A stretch of 64,000 nt of DNA from Epiperipatus broadwayi (GCA_028023455.1 JAQFVV010000005.1:124001-188000); one strand, 5' to 3'. Shown: positions 41,901 through 54,599, counted from the stretch's first letter. Numbers and translations are program-made. The notes: a model not told the origin generated them from the sequence alone.

Positions 41901-42756
41901 ATAATAACTTTTAACACTACCTAGAATTTTTGAGCTTGTCATGTTACTGTTGGGCGAAATTCTTTTAATAAATATGTTATGGATATGAATTCAAGTTCAT
42001 TTTGGGTTAAGAGAAAAAAAGTCTGTTCTTTAACTATGATAATTGTGATATTAGAGACTTAAATAAAATGTCATTCCCTGAATAGAACCACATGACCAAT
42101 ATATGGATTTAAAACATGCATTTTAATGTAACAATAAAATGTTAGATTCAAAAATTAGTTCCTGGATCAAAGTTCAACTCAGATATTTAATCATTCAATT
42201 TTTTTTTTAAGATGGAAATTCAATGATTACCAAAGACTTGAGAATGATTGGTGGATTAAAACTGCAAAGGAGACAGTAATTTTATGATTTACAATGTGGA
42301 GGAAATAACATATGTACATGAAGAACAATATTATTCTATTAAATCATTGGATGCTATTTTGATGTAATATTTTGAGCTGATAAATGACATATTTGATCTT
42401 CTTTTGAATAATGGTACAAGAGTTCAGAACACTTAATGCTTTATCAATGTCTTAAGATTTAGACATTCATCTTGATGATGTTAGAAAAAAAATAGAAAGA
42501 CTGCAGAATCTGATGGATTACTTGAATGAATTTTTTTTAATATGCTGGAGATAGATTAGTTTCAAAACTATTGAATCCATGAACTTGTAACATTGAATCT
42601 TGTGATGGTTAGTTTTGTAGTTATAAATTTGATTGTTTCATAATAAACTGCTGCCTATCTAATCATCAGTTGTAATATGTGTTTTTCGTGATAAAGATAA
42701 AACAAATTAAAAGAAGCAAGATATAGAAACCTAATTAATTTATTATACTTAATAAA

Positions 42757-43579
42757 ACATTTTGATTTGAGAGCATGAAGCTAATAAATTCTTCTCTGAT
42801 TAAGTCTATTAAACATTAACATTCGCAAAATCTTTCAATTTACAATGAGTCAATATTCAGATATTAAATTTAGAAATATTTTGAATCAATTTAAAGTTGT
42901 AAATATTAATTCTTATTAAGCACGATGTCAGCACGTAATACTTATATAAGCTAAAACCTTAGTATATGCGCCATGAGTGCTTAATTTTAGCAAGAGAGAC
43001 CTCTACAAATCACAACGCGAGATTCGACTTTATAAAGATAAGAGGGACCCCTCTTATCTCTAACCTATTTTTCTTAAATATATAGGCAAATCTAAAGCAT
43101 TTTGATTTGAGAGCATGAAACTAATAAATTCTTCACTTGCTAAAATTAAGCACTCATGGCGCATGTACTAAGGTTTTAGCCTTATATAAGTATTACGTGC
43201 TGACATCGTGCTTAATAAGAATTAATATTTACAACTTTAAATTGATTCAAAATATTTCTAAATTTAATATCTGAATATTGACTTGTTGTAAATCGAAAGA
43301 TTTCGCGAATGTTAATGTTTAATAGAAATAGTGGACTTAATCAGTGAAGAATTTATTAACTTCATGCTCTCAAATCAAAATGCTTTAGATTTGCCTATAC
43401 AATTAAGAAAAATAGGTTAGAGATAAGAGGTATCCATCTTATCTTTATAAAGTCGAATCTTGCGTTGTGATTTGTAGAGGTCTCTCTTGATAAAATTAAA
43501 CACTCATGGCGCATGTACTAAGGTTTTAGCCTTATATAAGTATTACGTGCTGACATCGCGCTTAATAAGAATTAATATT
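42757..43579. mobile_element. 823-bp composite of a 340-bp unit (direct then inverted) with 13-bp TSD
   Basis: Segments A-B-C-D-A then C'-B'-A'-D'-C', strand switch at 43136; TSD tatacttaataaa (42744-42756, 43580-43592). Confidence 0.85.
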
Positions 43580-44169
43580 TATACTTAATAAAGTAATAGA
43601 GATAATCATTATTGGAAAATGCTGAAAAACCCACACACAACTATATATATAATAAAATAAGCTGCTTCTTTGAACGGCATTGTTGAAACAGAAAAACTAC
43701 AATACGTCATTTGTAAATATATATATATACATACATTGCAAAATATTCAAATTTTGGATAAAACTATTGTGACATATCCTGATTGTTTTACTGCACTGAT
43801 AGATCAGGGACTTGTAGCTCCAAATCCATGGATTGTGACTATGAACTCCTGAGAAATACGCATTTGATTATTTTTATTAATTATTCAGATATTAGTGACA
43901 CAACTATAAGAGTCTATATGAAAGTTTGTGATGATGGTATTGAAACTGTAATTATATTTAGTCTTGTTTTTAATAAACAAATAATCTAATGGAAGGAGCT
44001 TTGATTCAGAATCTACAGCTCTCAAACCTATCCTACTTCTATTACGCTAAAACACATGTGACATGGATTATTTCCATCATCTAATATTAACTGTTAAATA
44101 TTTTTTAAAAATTCAAACTATTAAACTTTTCAAATACATTCTTCTGTTAATTTATAATACAATGTTTCA

Positions 44170-44600
44170 AGCAGTATTATTCTCTTTCTCTTCTTCAGTT
44201 ATTGCTGGCCAGAAAAGTCACAATATTAGCAAAGGAATCAAACCTGGTACCTTTAGAATCTTGAATTTAATGCAGTGCTCTCTAACTTACCAGGTTAATC
44301 TATCAAAGGCAAGTCAAGCTGAAATTTCATATGCTTATCCATAAAGAAACCATTTACTAACCTTGCTTTTAAGAAAAAGTAGAGAAATCAAGAGGATCCA
44401 TAGATAAGTATGTAAAATTTCTGCTGACTTTTTCCTTTGAGAGAATAGCCTAATGGTTAATTATTGCTTTAAATTCAATATTCATGAGTCTAAAGCATCT
44501 GTGCTTGATTTCCTCACTAGTACTGTTACTGGTCAGGCCAGCAACACCTGAAGAAGAGAGAAGAATAGTACTCAAAACATTGTGCATATACTAACCTGTG
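44170..44600. mobile_element. Family D: two inverted tRNA-headed repeat copies (another at ~34240-34440)
   Basis: A-box-like TAGCCTAATGG (44446), B-box-like motifs (44501 +, 44234 -), then CTGAAGAAGAG...CTCAAAAC. Confidence 0.45.
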
Positions 44601-44721
44601 TGCTATTACTAACATTTGATGTATTTGGAAACTTTAAATAATGATTGAATTTTTCTATTGACATTATAAATACAAGTTGTGAGTTTAATTGCCAGTCATC
44701 TTTATTAGGAGTCTGCTGATC

Positions 44722-44843
44722 AAACATCACATGATGAATAGGCATTAGATAGAGATTTTATGCATTAACCTTCCTGGATCCATTGATTATTCTGGCTTGC
44801 ACTGAGTGGCACTACTGTATGGGGAGTTTTGCCTCTGTGTGTT
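44722..44843. mobile_element. Family C inverted composite
   Basis: Flanked by tgctgatc (44714-44721, 44844-44851). Confidence 0.7.
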
Positions 44844-45799
44844 TGCTGATCCAAATTTTTGGACTTTTACTCTGGGAATTGAAACTAACTTTGGTGCACC
44901 CTTATTATCACAAGCATTATTCTATTATGTATAATTACTTTTGTAAAAGTTGATTATAATAAACTCAACTGAGAAATATTGGATTAGGCTTTAAAATTAG
45001 TGAATATATCAGCTTGAGCTTTGCATATTGTTGATAATGTTTTTTTGTTTACATTTATAAAATAAATAAATACTACTTATCATATTCAATCTCTAGAAAC
45101 ATAATAATTCTTTTTTCCAGCAGTAAATTATTTTTCTTTCACCATTGTTATGTATTCAGTATAAACACAAACTATCAAGAGATGCCAGATGGTAAAGCTT
45201 AATAACTCCTTATGAGGTATATTGGATCTGAGAGTTGTGCTCCTGGCTCTTTTAAATCTATTCCACTTTTTTCCTGCATCCATCATTTACTTGTTTGTTT
45301 CACTATAAGCTAGAAATTAATCTGGAGATATTGGATGAGAACAATACTGGAATGGATTTATTAAGCAGTATCATCCAGAATCTATTGATTACTAATGCTT
45401 CCACTAGATTTCATAATAATAATGAGAAACAAAGAATTTATCTGAACACCATTGTGTAAACTGTGGTTACATGATGTCTTGTTGGGTTTAATTCTTTTGA
45501 AAAGTGGCAGTCTCTGGAAGATTATGGTTAAATCTTTGTCACTTCTAGTCTCAAATTTATGAATTTCCAAGCAATAAATTATTGCTGATTTATGTATATG
45601 TAATTCTTTGCATTCTTAAAAATTGTGAAACTAATTGAACAAAAATTTAATACATTTGAATAAAATTCTATATCTTCAATTATTCATATAAAAAAATACA
45701 AGGAATTTATTTATATCTAGAATTACTTTTGATGCTGTCATTTAATCAATCTTAAATAACATTTTAACAATAGGTATATCTATCTATTAAATAAAATAA

Positions 45800-45990
45800 A
45801 GTCATACATCATGCGATTTAATTTTGATAAGCTTGTAATTATAAACTAAAATAAAGAGCTGTTAATAGCTGTAACAAGCTTTAGCGATAAATGCTGCAAG
45901 AGAAAACATTTAAAATCTCTATTTAGAAATTACCCCCAGCCTCAGACCGGCTACTAGATATTGACTTTCCTCAGTGAGGCGCTAGATATT
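45800..45990 (-). mobile_element. Diverged family B copy with decayed hammerhead
   Basis: Minus strand: CCTCA CTGAGGA ... CCGGTC TGAGG; GAAA lost. Confidence 0.5.
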
Positions 45991-46844
45991 TCAGACACTC
46001 TTATCTGATAGCGATTAGCATTCTCATTATTTTAGACTATCTATTAACTTAAGAAAGGACGGTAAAAATCACTTAAATTTAAAATTCTTCTTTTGTCTTT
46101 TCCTTTGTTTTTATTTGGTCTAAGAGGTGGATCTTCTCTTTTCCTTTTTTCAATGCTTTCATCTGCACAGGATCTTTCCTCTTTTATTTTGTCTAGCTAG
46201 AGTTGCTTATGTGAACATTATTTCAGTGCTGACTCAATGATAGTGATTGAAAGAGGTTATGATGAGGAAGACTGAATGTGTTATGCAAATCCAAATTTGT
46301 TTATCACGTTTCTTTACTATTCATTTCTTAGGGATTGCTCTTCTTTTATATCAGTGATATAGCATATTTTCTAGTTAATACTCATTCTCATTTCCTGACG
46401 CCAGTAATTTCACTAGAATAACTGTGTTTGTGATTACTGTCTCTTATACATGTATAAATAAACAATTAATGGCCATGTTGTTTGAAATAAATTAAAATGA
46501 AGTGCAATTTTTATCAATCATCATTTCACTTTATAGATTGCCACTTGATGAAAATATCAATCTTTATTAGTGTTTTGGACAGACTTGGTAAGGATGGTTT
46601 GCTCAAAACATGAGCCCTGTAATTAGATTTTTTTTGTCATTATAAAGCAATTTATAAAATGAAATAGAAGAATGTAATAGATGGCATTTAGAAAGTTTAA
46701 TGTTCTTTTAAATTGCTTTAATTATTCAACAGCGCTATATATTTACATATTTATTCATGCATGGTGCTTTTAGAAAAAAAATGAATTATTTAACTCTGCC
46801 TTGTGTTAATAAACTGAAGTTATCATTTTTAACCATTAATAATT

Positions 46845-48330
46845 CACTGCAGGATGAAAGTTTACCCAAGTTTAATCCAGTTGTCAAGCATTGGTGGTTG
46901 AGAGGTCAGCGACAGCTGCTTTACCAGAAGTTGTCCCGGGATAGCGGGTTCGCTTCCCGGCTGATGTTATGACACATGAGAAAAAAAAAGTTTAATCCAG
47001 TTTCTCTAATCTATAAGTTCACATTACACCAGCAAATTTCCTTATTTCATCTGTCCATTTATATAATTTTTTTAAAAAAGTCTGTCCATCTATTATCAAC
47101 TCTTCTAGTAGTATGTCCAGCCCAGTTCCACTTAAGTTTCTTAATCCTTTCAATGATATTAGTAATATCTGTTTGATCTTTTATTCATGTATTTCATTTT
47201 TAACCCCATCTTGTTATTCCAAAAATATATATCTTTATAGTTAACTGAATAATCTGAAGACTCTATATTGCTCTTCTGTTAAGCATCCAAGTCTTAGATC
47301 CATAAGTAAGAACTGGTAAACCACATTTATTAAAAAAAACCCTTTTCAAATACACCGGCATATTTCCTTTTAATATTAAATTATTTTTACCAAAAGCACT
47401 CCATCCAAGTTTAATTCTATGATCTACTTTAATAATCTAATCAAGGTATTTGTAGTTATTAATTTCTTCTAATTCATTGTTATCAATCTTTTATTTTCTT
47501 TCAAGAAAATTCCATTGAATATTGTATTTATCGTTTTAGTATTTATCTTTAATCCTGTTATTTTATTTTCATCTGATATATCTTGCTACATTTCCTGAAG
47601 TTCTGAAGCATTAGAGTTCTGAAGCACTGTTTTCAAAAACAACAACATCATCTGCAAAATCTAGATTTACTTTAATTTAAATCTCTCAACTTCCCATTTT
47701 TACCCACAAAATACTTTTTGTAAAATTGCTGTAAAAATTTTTGGAGATATGGAGTCACCCTATTGTATATCTTTCTCAATGTTAATCTTAGTATCACTTG
47801 TAATCTAATCAATGTTGTTGCATTTTGATTAATATTCTTCAGAATATGACATCTGTGTCTATATTTTGATGATCCAATGCTTTAATCACTGAAGAAATGA
47901 TTATAGAACCAGGTGCCTTTTCATAATCTACAAATCCAAAAAATAATGTCAACTCATATTCATTGGTCATTTCTATAACTTCTCTCAATACTTGGATGTG
48001 ATCCATTGTACTAAAACCATTTTTAAATCCAGCTTGTTTTTTTGGGTTGATTAAGGTGAATTGTAATTATCTTGGTAAAAATTTATGCAGAGCTGATAAA
48101 AGACAGATAATTTGTAATACAATTCTTTGTCACCTTTTAAAAATATTATTATTATTATCTTGTATTCATCAATCATCTGTTACATTTTATCTTAATCAAG
48201 TACATGACTAACTACGCTAAGGAAAAGAATCATATATCCACTCTCTCAAAAACAATAAAGATTTAATAGTTTTCTTTCAAATAATAATTCTTTCATTTTT
48301 TTATAGTTTACTTTCTCTGAAATAAGTAAT
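46845..48330 (-). mobile_element. Decayed RTE-like LINE RT
   Basis: Minus-strand remnants FVDYEKA (~47930) and LDFADDVV (~47650). Confidence 0.7.
46883..46987 (+). mobile_element. tRNA-derived short SINE, copy 6 (nested in the RTE fragment)
   Basis: 15-bp TSD aagtttaatccagtt (46868-46882, 46988-47002); A tail. Confidence 0.85.
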
Positions 48331-48891
48331 GATAATCATTACAAAATTTATTCTATCCCCCCCCCCTTGCAATTTTTTACGGATCACTGATATTTTTCTA
48401 ATATCACAGTTTCCCTTCCTTTACATGAAAATTATTATTCTACATTAAAATCATGAAATATTCTTAATGATTGGATTTGAGGATATGAAATAAAATCCAT
48501 ACCCTTGAAAAGAAATCAAAGCATATATCATATGACTTAATTTAATAAGCTTCTGGTACAAATGTTATATAATGAGCATGCCATAGCTCTTAACAAGCTT
48601 TTCAGAATATCCCTATCCCCAGACCAGTTTCATGCTGCTGGTATTCCTCAGTGAGGCACTAGGATATTCAATCATTATATTTGAAATACCAGATCAAGCC
48701 CAACACTTTATGTAATGGTTAATGATTAAGTAGAAAATCTGAAATTTTCAAACATCCATATATTTTCAAATCCAGCCATCTAACTTAAATAACCATATAG
48801 GACTGGACAAAGTTCAGATACACCATATATTAATAGCTTTAGCAATATAAAAGCACGAAAGCCTTAAATCTAATGCTTGAATATCCTAGTG

Positions 48892-48931
48892 CCTCACTGA
48901 GGAATGCCAGAAGCATGAAACCAGTCTGGGG
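48892..48931 (+). ncRNA. Type I hammerhead motif, family B
   Basis: CCTCA CTGAGGA ATGC-CAGAA-GCAT GAAA CCAGT C TGGGG; full core, 4-bp stem II, GUC site. Confidence 0.8.
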
Positions 48932-49267
48932 ATAGGGATATTCTGAAAAAATGTTTAAGAACTATTGGCACGCTCATTATATAACATTTGTATTATAAGC
49001 TTATTAAATTAAGTCATGTGATAAATGATTTAATTTCTTTTCAATTATTGTTTTGCTCTTAAGGTTTTGGTGATTTTATATTGCTAAAGCTATTAATATA
49101 TGGTATATCTGAACTTAGTTCAGTCCCATATGACTATTTAAGTTAGATAGCTGGATTTTAAGACACGGATCTCTGAAAATTTCAGATTTTCTATTTAATA
49201 GTTAACCATTAGATGAAGTGCTCAACTTGACCTGTTATTTTAAATCTGATGCTTGAATATCTTAGCA

Positions 49268-49307
49268 CTTCACTGAGGAATTCCAGAAGTATGAAACCGG
49301 TCTGGGT
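49268..49307 (+). ncRNA. Type I hammerhead motif, family B
   Basis: CTTCA CTGAGGA ATTC-CAGAA-GTAT GAA ACCGGT C TGGGT; helix III palindrome intact. Confidence 0.75.
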
Positions 49308-49939
49308 TAGGGATATTCTGAAAAGCTTGTTAAGAACTATTGACACATTCATTATATAACATAAAATCCAACATCCTTATATATAAATTTATCCACTATG
49401 TATATAAAGGGAATTCATTCTGCAAAAATACTAAATATCTAGAGATCAGAATTTAAGATAAGCACTAATTTATATTAGTCGTAATGGATATCAATTAATA
49501 TACCGGTACTGGTGGAGATAGTGTACTGACATTGCTTCTATTTCTTTTAATTATCTCTAGTAAACTAAGATTACAAAAATAGAATATATTCAAACAAAAA
49601 TAACTTAGTTTTGAAGGTTTAATGTCTTGAGAATGTATATTCTTTTAATTATCTTGGTATTTTTGACATATTGTGAGGGGGTTGACTTAGATATTGAGAC
49701 TCCACAGTCTCAAATTTGCTGCTATTTTTAACAAGTTGAAAGACATATTTTATTACAGTGAATCAGCACAACTAAATTAATTTTATACAGAACTGTTATT
49801 TTTAGTTAATTATATAGAAATCCGAAGAATGGAGTCCTTATCAATGTAAAATAAAAACATAAGAAAAATTTAATTTAAGGATGCTCTTTAAAATTCTAAT
49901 AATATAAGATCTTGAAACCAAACAATATGTATAGGTACT

Positions 49940-50775
49940 TACATATGAGTTTGGTTTTGATATCTGGTTCTTTAATAACCAGTCACCATAACCTTATTGG
50001 GCAGGGTTGGTATTAAACCATTAAACATCACATGATAACCATTCTTTATGCTTATTTAAGCTGTTTACACAGAGACTAAACTCTCCATCCAGTAGTGCCC
50101 CTTAGTGCAAGCCTGAGTAATCAGTGGATGGATGCAAGAAGGTTCATGCATAAAATCCCTATCTCGTGCCTACTCATCCAATATCCCGAGACTAGTTTCT
50201 AGCTTGTGGATTTCATCAGTGAAGAGCCTTGGATCTGAGAGCATTGCATCTAGATCTTAGATCTAATGCAACCCTCCAGCAGCTGCATTTTACCATATTA
50301 ACTAACTATAAAGCAAGTACATTAGCTTGTATAGTTATATATATCTGAACTTAGTTCAGCATCCATATTTTTTGGTGTCTTTGGTTCATTAATAACCACA
50401 GTCATCATAATCCTATTGTGCCGGATTATTAAATCACTGAATATCACATGATAATCATTCTTTATGTTTATACAAGCTGTTTGTAAGAGACAAAACTCCC
50501 CATACAGTAGTGCCACTCAGTACAAGCCAGAATAATCAATAGATGCAGGAAATTTTGTGCATAAAGTCTTTATTAAGTGCATATTCATCCAATATCCACA
50601 GACTAGTTTCTGGTTTGTAGCTTTCATCAGTGAGAAGTCTTGGATCTGAGTGCACTGCACCTAGATCTTAGGATCTAATGCAACCCTCCAGAAGCCACTT
50701 TTTATCTTATTATTATTAATGGATGCTGAACTGAGTTCAGATCTATACAAACTATACCAGCTTATGAGCTTGAAT
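49940..50775 (-). mobile_element. Family C tandem dimer (~410 bp period) plus a short inverted piece
   Basis: Two aligned units with HHR cores CTGATGA...GAAACTAGTC at 50185-50224 and 50596-50635; 50718-50775 inverts 50315-50367. Confidence 0.8.
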
Positions 50776-50869
50776 TGAAAACATTATTGTGTTTTCATTT
50801 TGGACTCAAAGCTTTATAGTTAGCTATTAAGATAAAAATTGGCAGCTGAAGGGTTGTATTAGATCCTAA

Positions 50870-53800
50870 GCAGCAGTGTTATCAGAAAGAAGAATGGACA
50901 GATTGTAAGATATAATCAAAGAGTAGCTGATTTATATGTAGATGTGGAGACCGAATGGGTCTGTAAAATTAATGGTAAGGAAGTTATTTATAAATGTAAT
51001 GGAGAAGAAAGAGTCAAAAGAATTTATAAAAGAGTAGTTAGAAAAGAAGAAATTGTTAAAATTGGGTATTTGAATATGCAAGGTGGTAGGAGACCAGAAA
51101 AGTGGCTGGAATTAAACAAAGTTAAAATAAAGAGCTTGAGGTATTAGCGGTAGTGGAAACACATCTAAGAGAGAAAGAAGAACACATTCTGGAAAACTTG
51201 GTAATAGAAAAAGAAAAAAGGGATAGTGGTATAGGAGTTATGTCAAAAAATATTTAAATAGTTAAATATCAAGAACATTTGTGGTTTGAGATAACGTTAG
51301 GAAGACAAAAATGCATGGTGGCTATAGTGTATATAGCCACTGGAGATAGTCAGACTATAATGGAGTGGTATAATAGTATATATGAATGCCTAGTTAAGGA
51401 TGTACAGTTTCAAAAAAAGAGGAAGAGAATAATGGTTATAGGGGATATGAATGGGATGGCTTTTGAAGAATTTTTGTCAGAGAGTGAATATGAGCATTGG
51501 AAATTTGTCAAATATTTATGAGGGACAATACACATGGTCTAGAAATAATATATTTCACACAATAGATTATGCATTAGTAGATAAAGAGTGAATGAATATG
51601 TACTGAAAATTAAGGTGATGATAATGGAGAGTATGTAATAGTGATCATAATTTTTTAATAATAGAAATGATTAGTAATGTGATCGTAAATAGTTTAAAGG
51701 ATAGTGAAATATATGGATGGAGAGTGAATGATAATAATAAGTTAGAGGAGTATAAAATTAAAGTTAAAGAAATCATGGAAGAATTGGTTGGGGATGAATA
51801 TAAGGATTGGTGTGGTGAAATAGAAAAATTGACAAATAGGGTTTTAAGTGAGAATATTCTGAAGAATAAAAGTAATAGGAAAGTGAGAGTTAGTAAAAGT
51901 GTAAAAGAGAGGGGAAAAGCATGTAGAGAATATAAGGGTGCTATTAAGAACAAATAAAATGAAAAAGATGTTAATGTTAAATGGAAAAAGTACTTAGAAA
52001 AAAAGAAGTTGGCTAAGATAGATAATTATAGAGACAGAATGAAACTGAATAGTAAATTGTTGGAGATATTAATAAAAGTGGAAGAGATGGGAGTAAAAAA
52101 TTTTGGAAATACATTAAAAGAAGAAATGTAGGGGAGAGAGAAATAGTATTACTAGATGATGAGAAATAGAGTGTAGCTCTAGAGAAGAATTAGAGATAAA
52201 TAAGTATGTAATGGATATACAAAAGATATTAGCTTTACAGAAAATGAACTGAATGAGGCAAGATAGAAATTGAAAAATGGAAAGGCAAGAGGTTGGATGG
52301 ATGGGCAGCAGAGATCGTAATGAATTTAGGGCATAGAGCAAAAGTAAAACTGTTATCATGTTTAATAAGATGGCACAGAAGAGAGATTTTCCAGGTAGTT
52401 GGAGTAATACAAGAGTAAGGCTACTATTTAAAGGAAAGGATCATAGAAAGTTAAACAATTATAGACTGAAAGTGCTATTGTCAGTGTTATATAAAGTTTT
52501 CTCATATATGGTGGCTGGAAGGATCGCAAAATGGATGAAAGAAAATAATGTAGTGGGAGAAATGCAAGAAGGTTTTCGATCGGATAGGTATATAGAAGAT
52601 AGTTTATTTGTAATTACACAACATATGGATATGAATAGGAGTACAGTTAGACAACTATTTATAGTTTTTATAGATAATGAGAATGTGTATGATAAATTAA
52701 GGGTGTAAATTTAGGAATGGATGGAGCTTTAGTGGATATTATTAAGAAATTATATGAAAATAATTACTATACATATAAATTAGGGAATATAGAATCAGTC
52801 AAATTTAAAAATGGGGTGGGACTAAGGCAAAGATGTGCTATGTCATCTATTTTGTTTTTGTTGTATTTGAGAGAAATGGAGACAGCAACAGAAAGGCTAG
52901 GAAGAAGGGTATAATGGAGACAGCAATAGAAAGGCTAGGAAGAGGGGTACATTAATAGGTTACAAGGGAGTTATGTACATTGTTGGGTCTTTTATTTGCA
53001 GATGATGTCTTTTTGTGCACAGAAAGAAGGAAATATATGGAAGTTATGCTAAGGACATGCGGGAGGGTGGGTAAAGAGTTGAGGATTAGATTTAGTGAAG
53101 AAAAATCAAAAGTGATGATGATTAATACTGGGGAAAGAGAAGACAAAGAATTTTTATTGGGGATATAAAGTTAAGTGTGGTGAATAGGTATAACTATTTG
53201 GGACTCATCTTAAATAATCAAATGAATTGCTTGGATGAAATGGGAGAAAAAATTGACAAATGAAGCAAAGAAAAGAAAGGGACTGATAAATGTTATGTTT
53301 TCTTATAATAAATATGAAATGGGAGAAAAAATTGATAAATGAAGCAAAGAAAAGAAAGGGACTGATAAATGTTATGTTTTCATATAATAAATATGACATA
53401 ACTAGAATTATATGGAAGAGAGTGGCAATAGCAGGATTAATGTATAATATTATATGATAGTAAAGGGATATTAGATTACTCAGAAAAAGTACAAAGAGAA
53501 GCAGATGTGTGGTTGGCAAAGGGAGGCAATTCAAAGAGAAAATGGGATGGTCAGATGTGTGGCTAGCAAAGAGAGCCAATTCAAGGAGAAAATGGGATGG
53601 TCAAGTTTTTATATGAAAGATGCAAAAAGCAAAATGAAAATATTTGGTAGGTTGCAGTTTATAGATGATAAGAAAATAGCCAAAATAGTATTTAAGTGGG
53701 TTATGAGTAAGGAGTAGGCAACAAGATGGGTGAGAAAGATAATGCAGTTTATGTCAGTATACTTATACAAAAGGTAGGATGATTGTATTAGGAGAATTGT

Positions 53801-54330
53801 TGAGTGTTATAATGGTAAGGAATGTGATAGAAGAATAGATGCATTAATAAAGACTAGGGAATCTGAAAGATCAAGAACTAGTATGGATAGTAAAAAGAGT
53901 TTAAAAAAATATTGATGTAAATGGCATATTGATTACGAGTTAATTTACGATAATAGCAAGGAAAGTAGTTTACTGTTAAGGCTCAAACAGGATGTTTAGC
54001 AACAAGGGAATAACATAAATGGGAATATGTGGATGCTTTAGTCTGCAAGTTGTGTAAGGAAGGCATAGAAAATAATAGGCATCTGTTAATTAAATGTAAA
54101 TGCCTGAAAATAATGAAGTTGTGGAAGTATAAATATAAACAAAGTAATTATTCAAAAATTGGGTTATTGGTTTTTATGTTGGGTTTGGGGAAAGAAGGGA
54201 TATTTAGATATAAAAGCCATGGAATTGACAAAGATTATGTTGTAAAAATGGGATAGAGTAGGGTAGAGAAGAATGTGGGAAAACTTAGGGCAAGGAATGG
54301 AAAGGGAATGTAAAATGGTTAACAGGTTTC
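50870..54330 (+). mobile_element. Decayed APE-RT non-LTR retrotransposon
   Basis: KIGYLNMQG (EN start), VIGDMN, QEGFR, FIVFIDNENVYD, LLFADD, C-terminal CKLC..H..C; internal 38-bp and ~80-bp duplications. Confidence 0.85.
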
Positions 54331-54599
54331 TCTGGGCATAGTTGCTGAGAGATTCCTGACTCCATATAAGGAGAAGTCACAGTGCATCACATCCTAAGAT
54401 CTAGGTGCAGTGCTCTCACATCCAGAGCAATGAGAATGGTGATCATATGATGCTTAGTAGTCTAAAAATCTTTTTCAGGTTTCTTTATTGCAATCCTGCT
54501 AAGCATCAATCTGGGCTAAAGGAAGCATAAATTTCCATTCACTATCAGTTTCAATGTAAGCCACTATCTTTGACAAAATAATCTTTATCTTCATATTTT

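Larger units (their letters stand above)
48500..49360. mobile_element. Family B multi-inversion composite with three hammerheads and 10-bp TSD
   Basis: Order P'-Q-P-Q'-P; HHRs at 48617-48656(-), 48892-48931(+), 49268-49307(+); TSD ataaaatcca (48490-48499, 49361-49370). Confidence 0.85.

Noticed and set aside
43270-43310. Hammerhead-like CTGAATA...CGAAAGATTTC
   Set aside because: Core lacks the conserved G8, and stem I cannot form.
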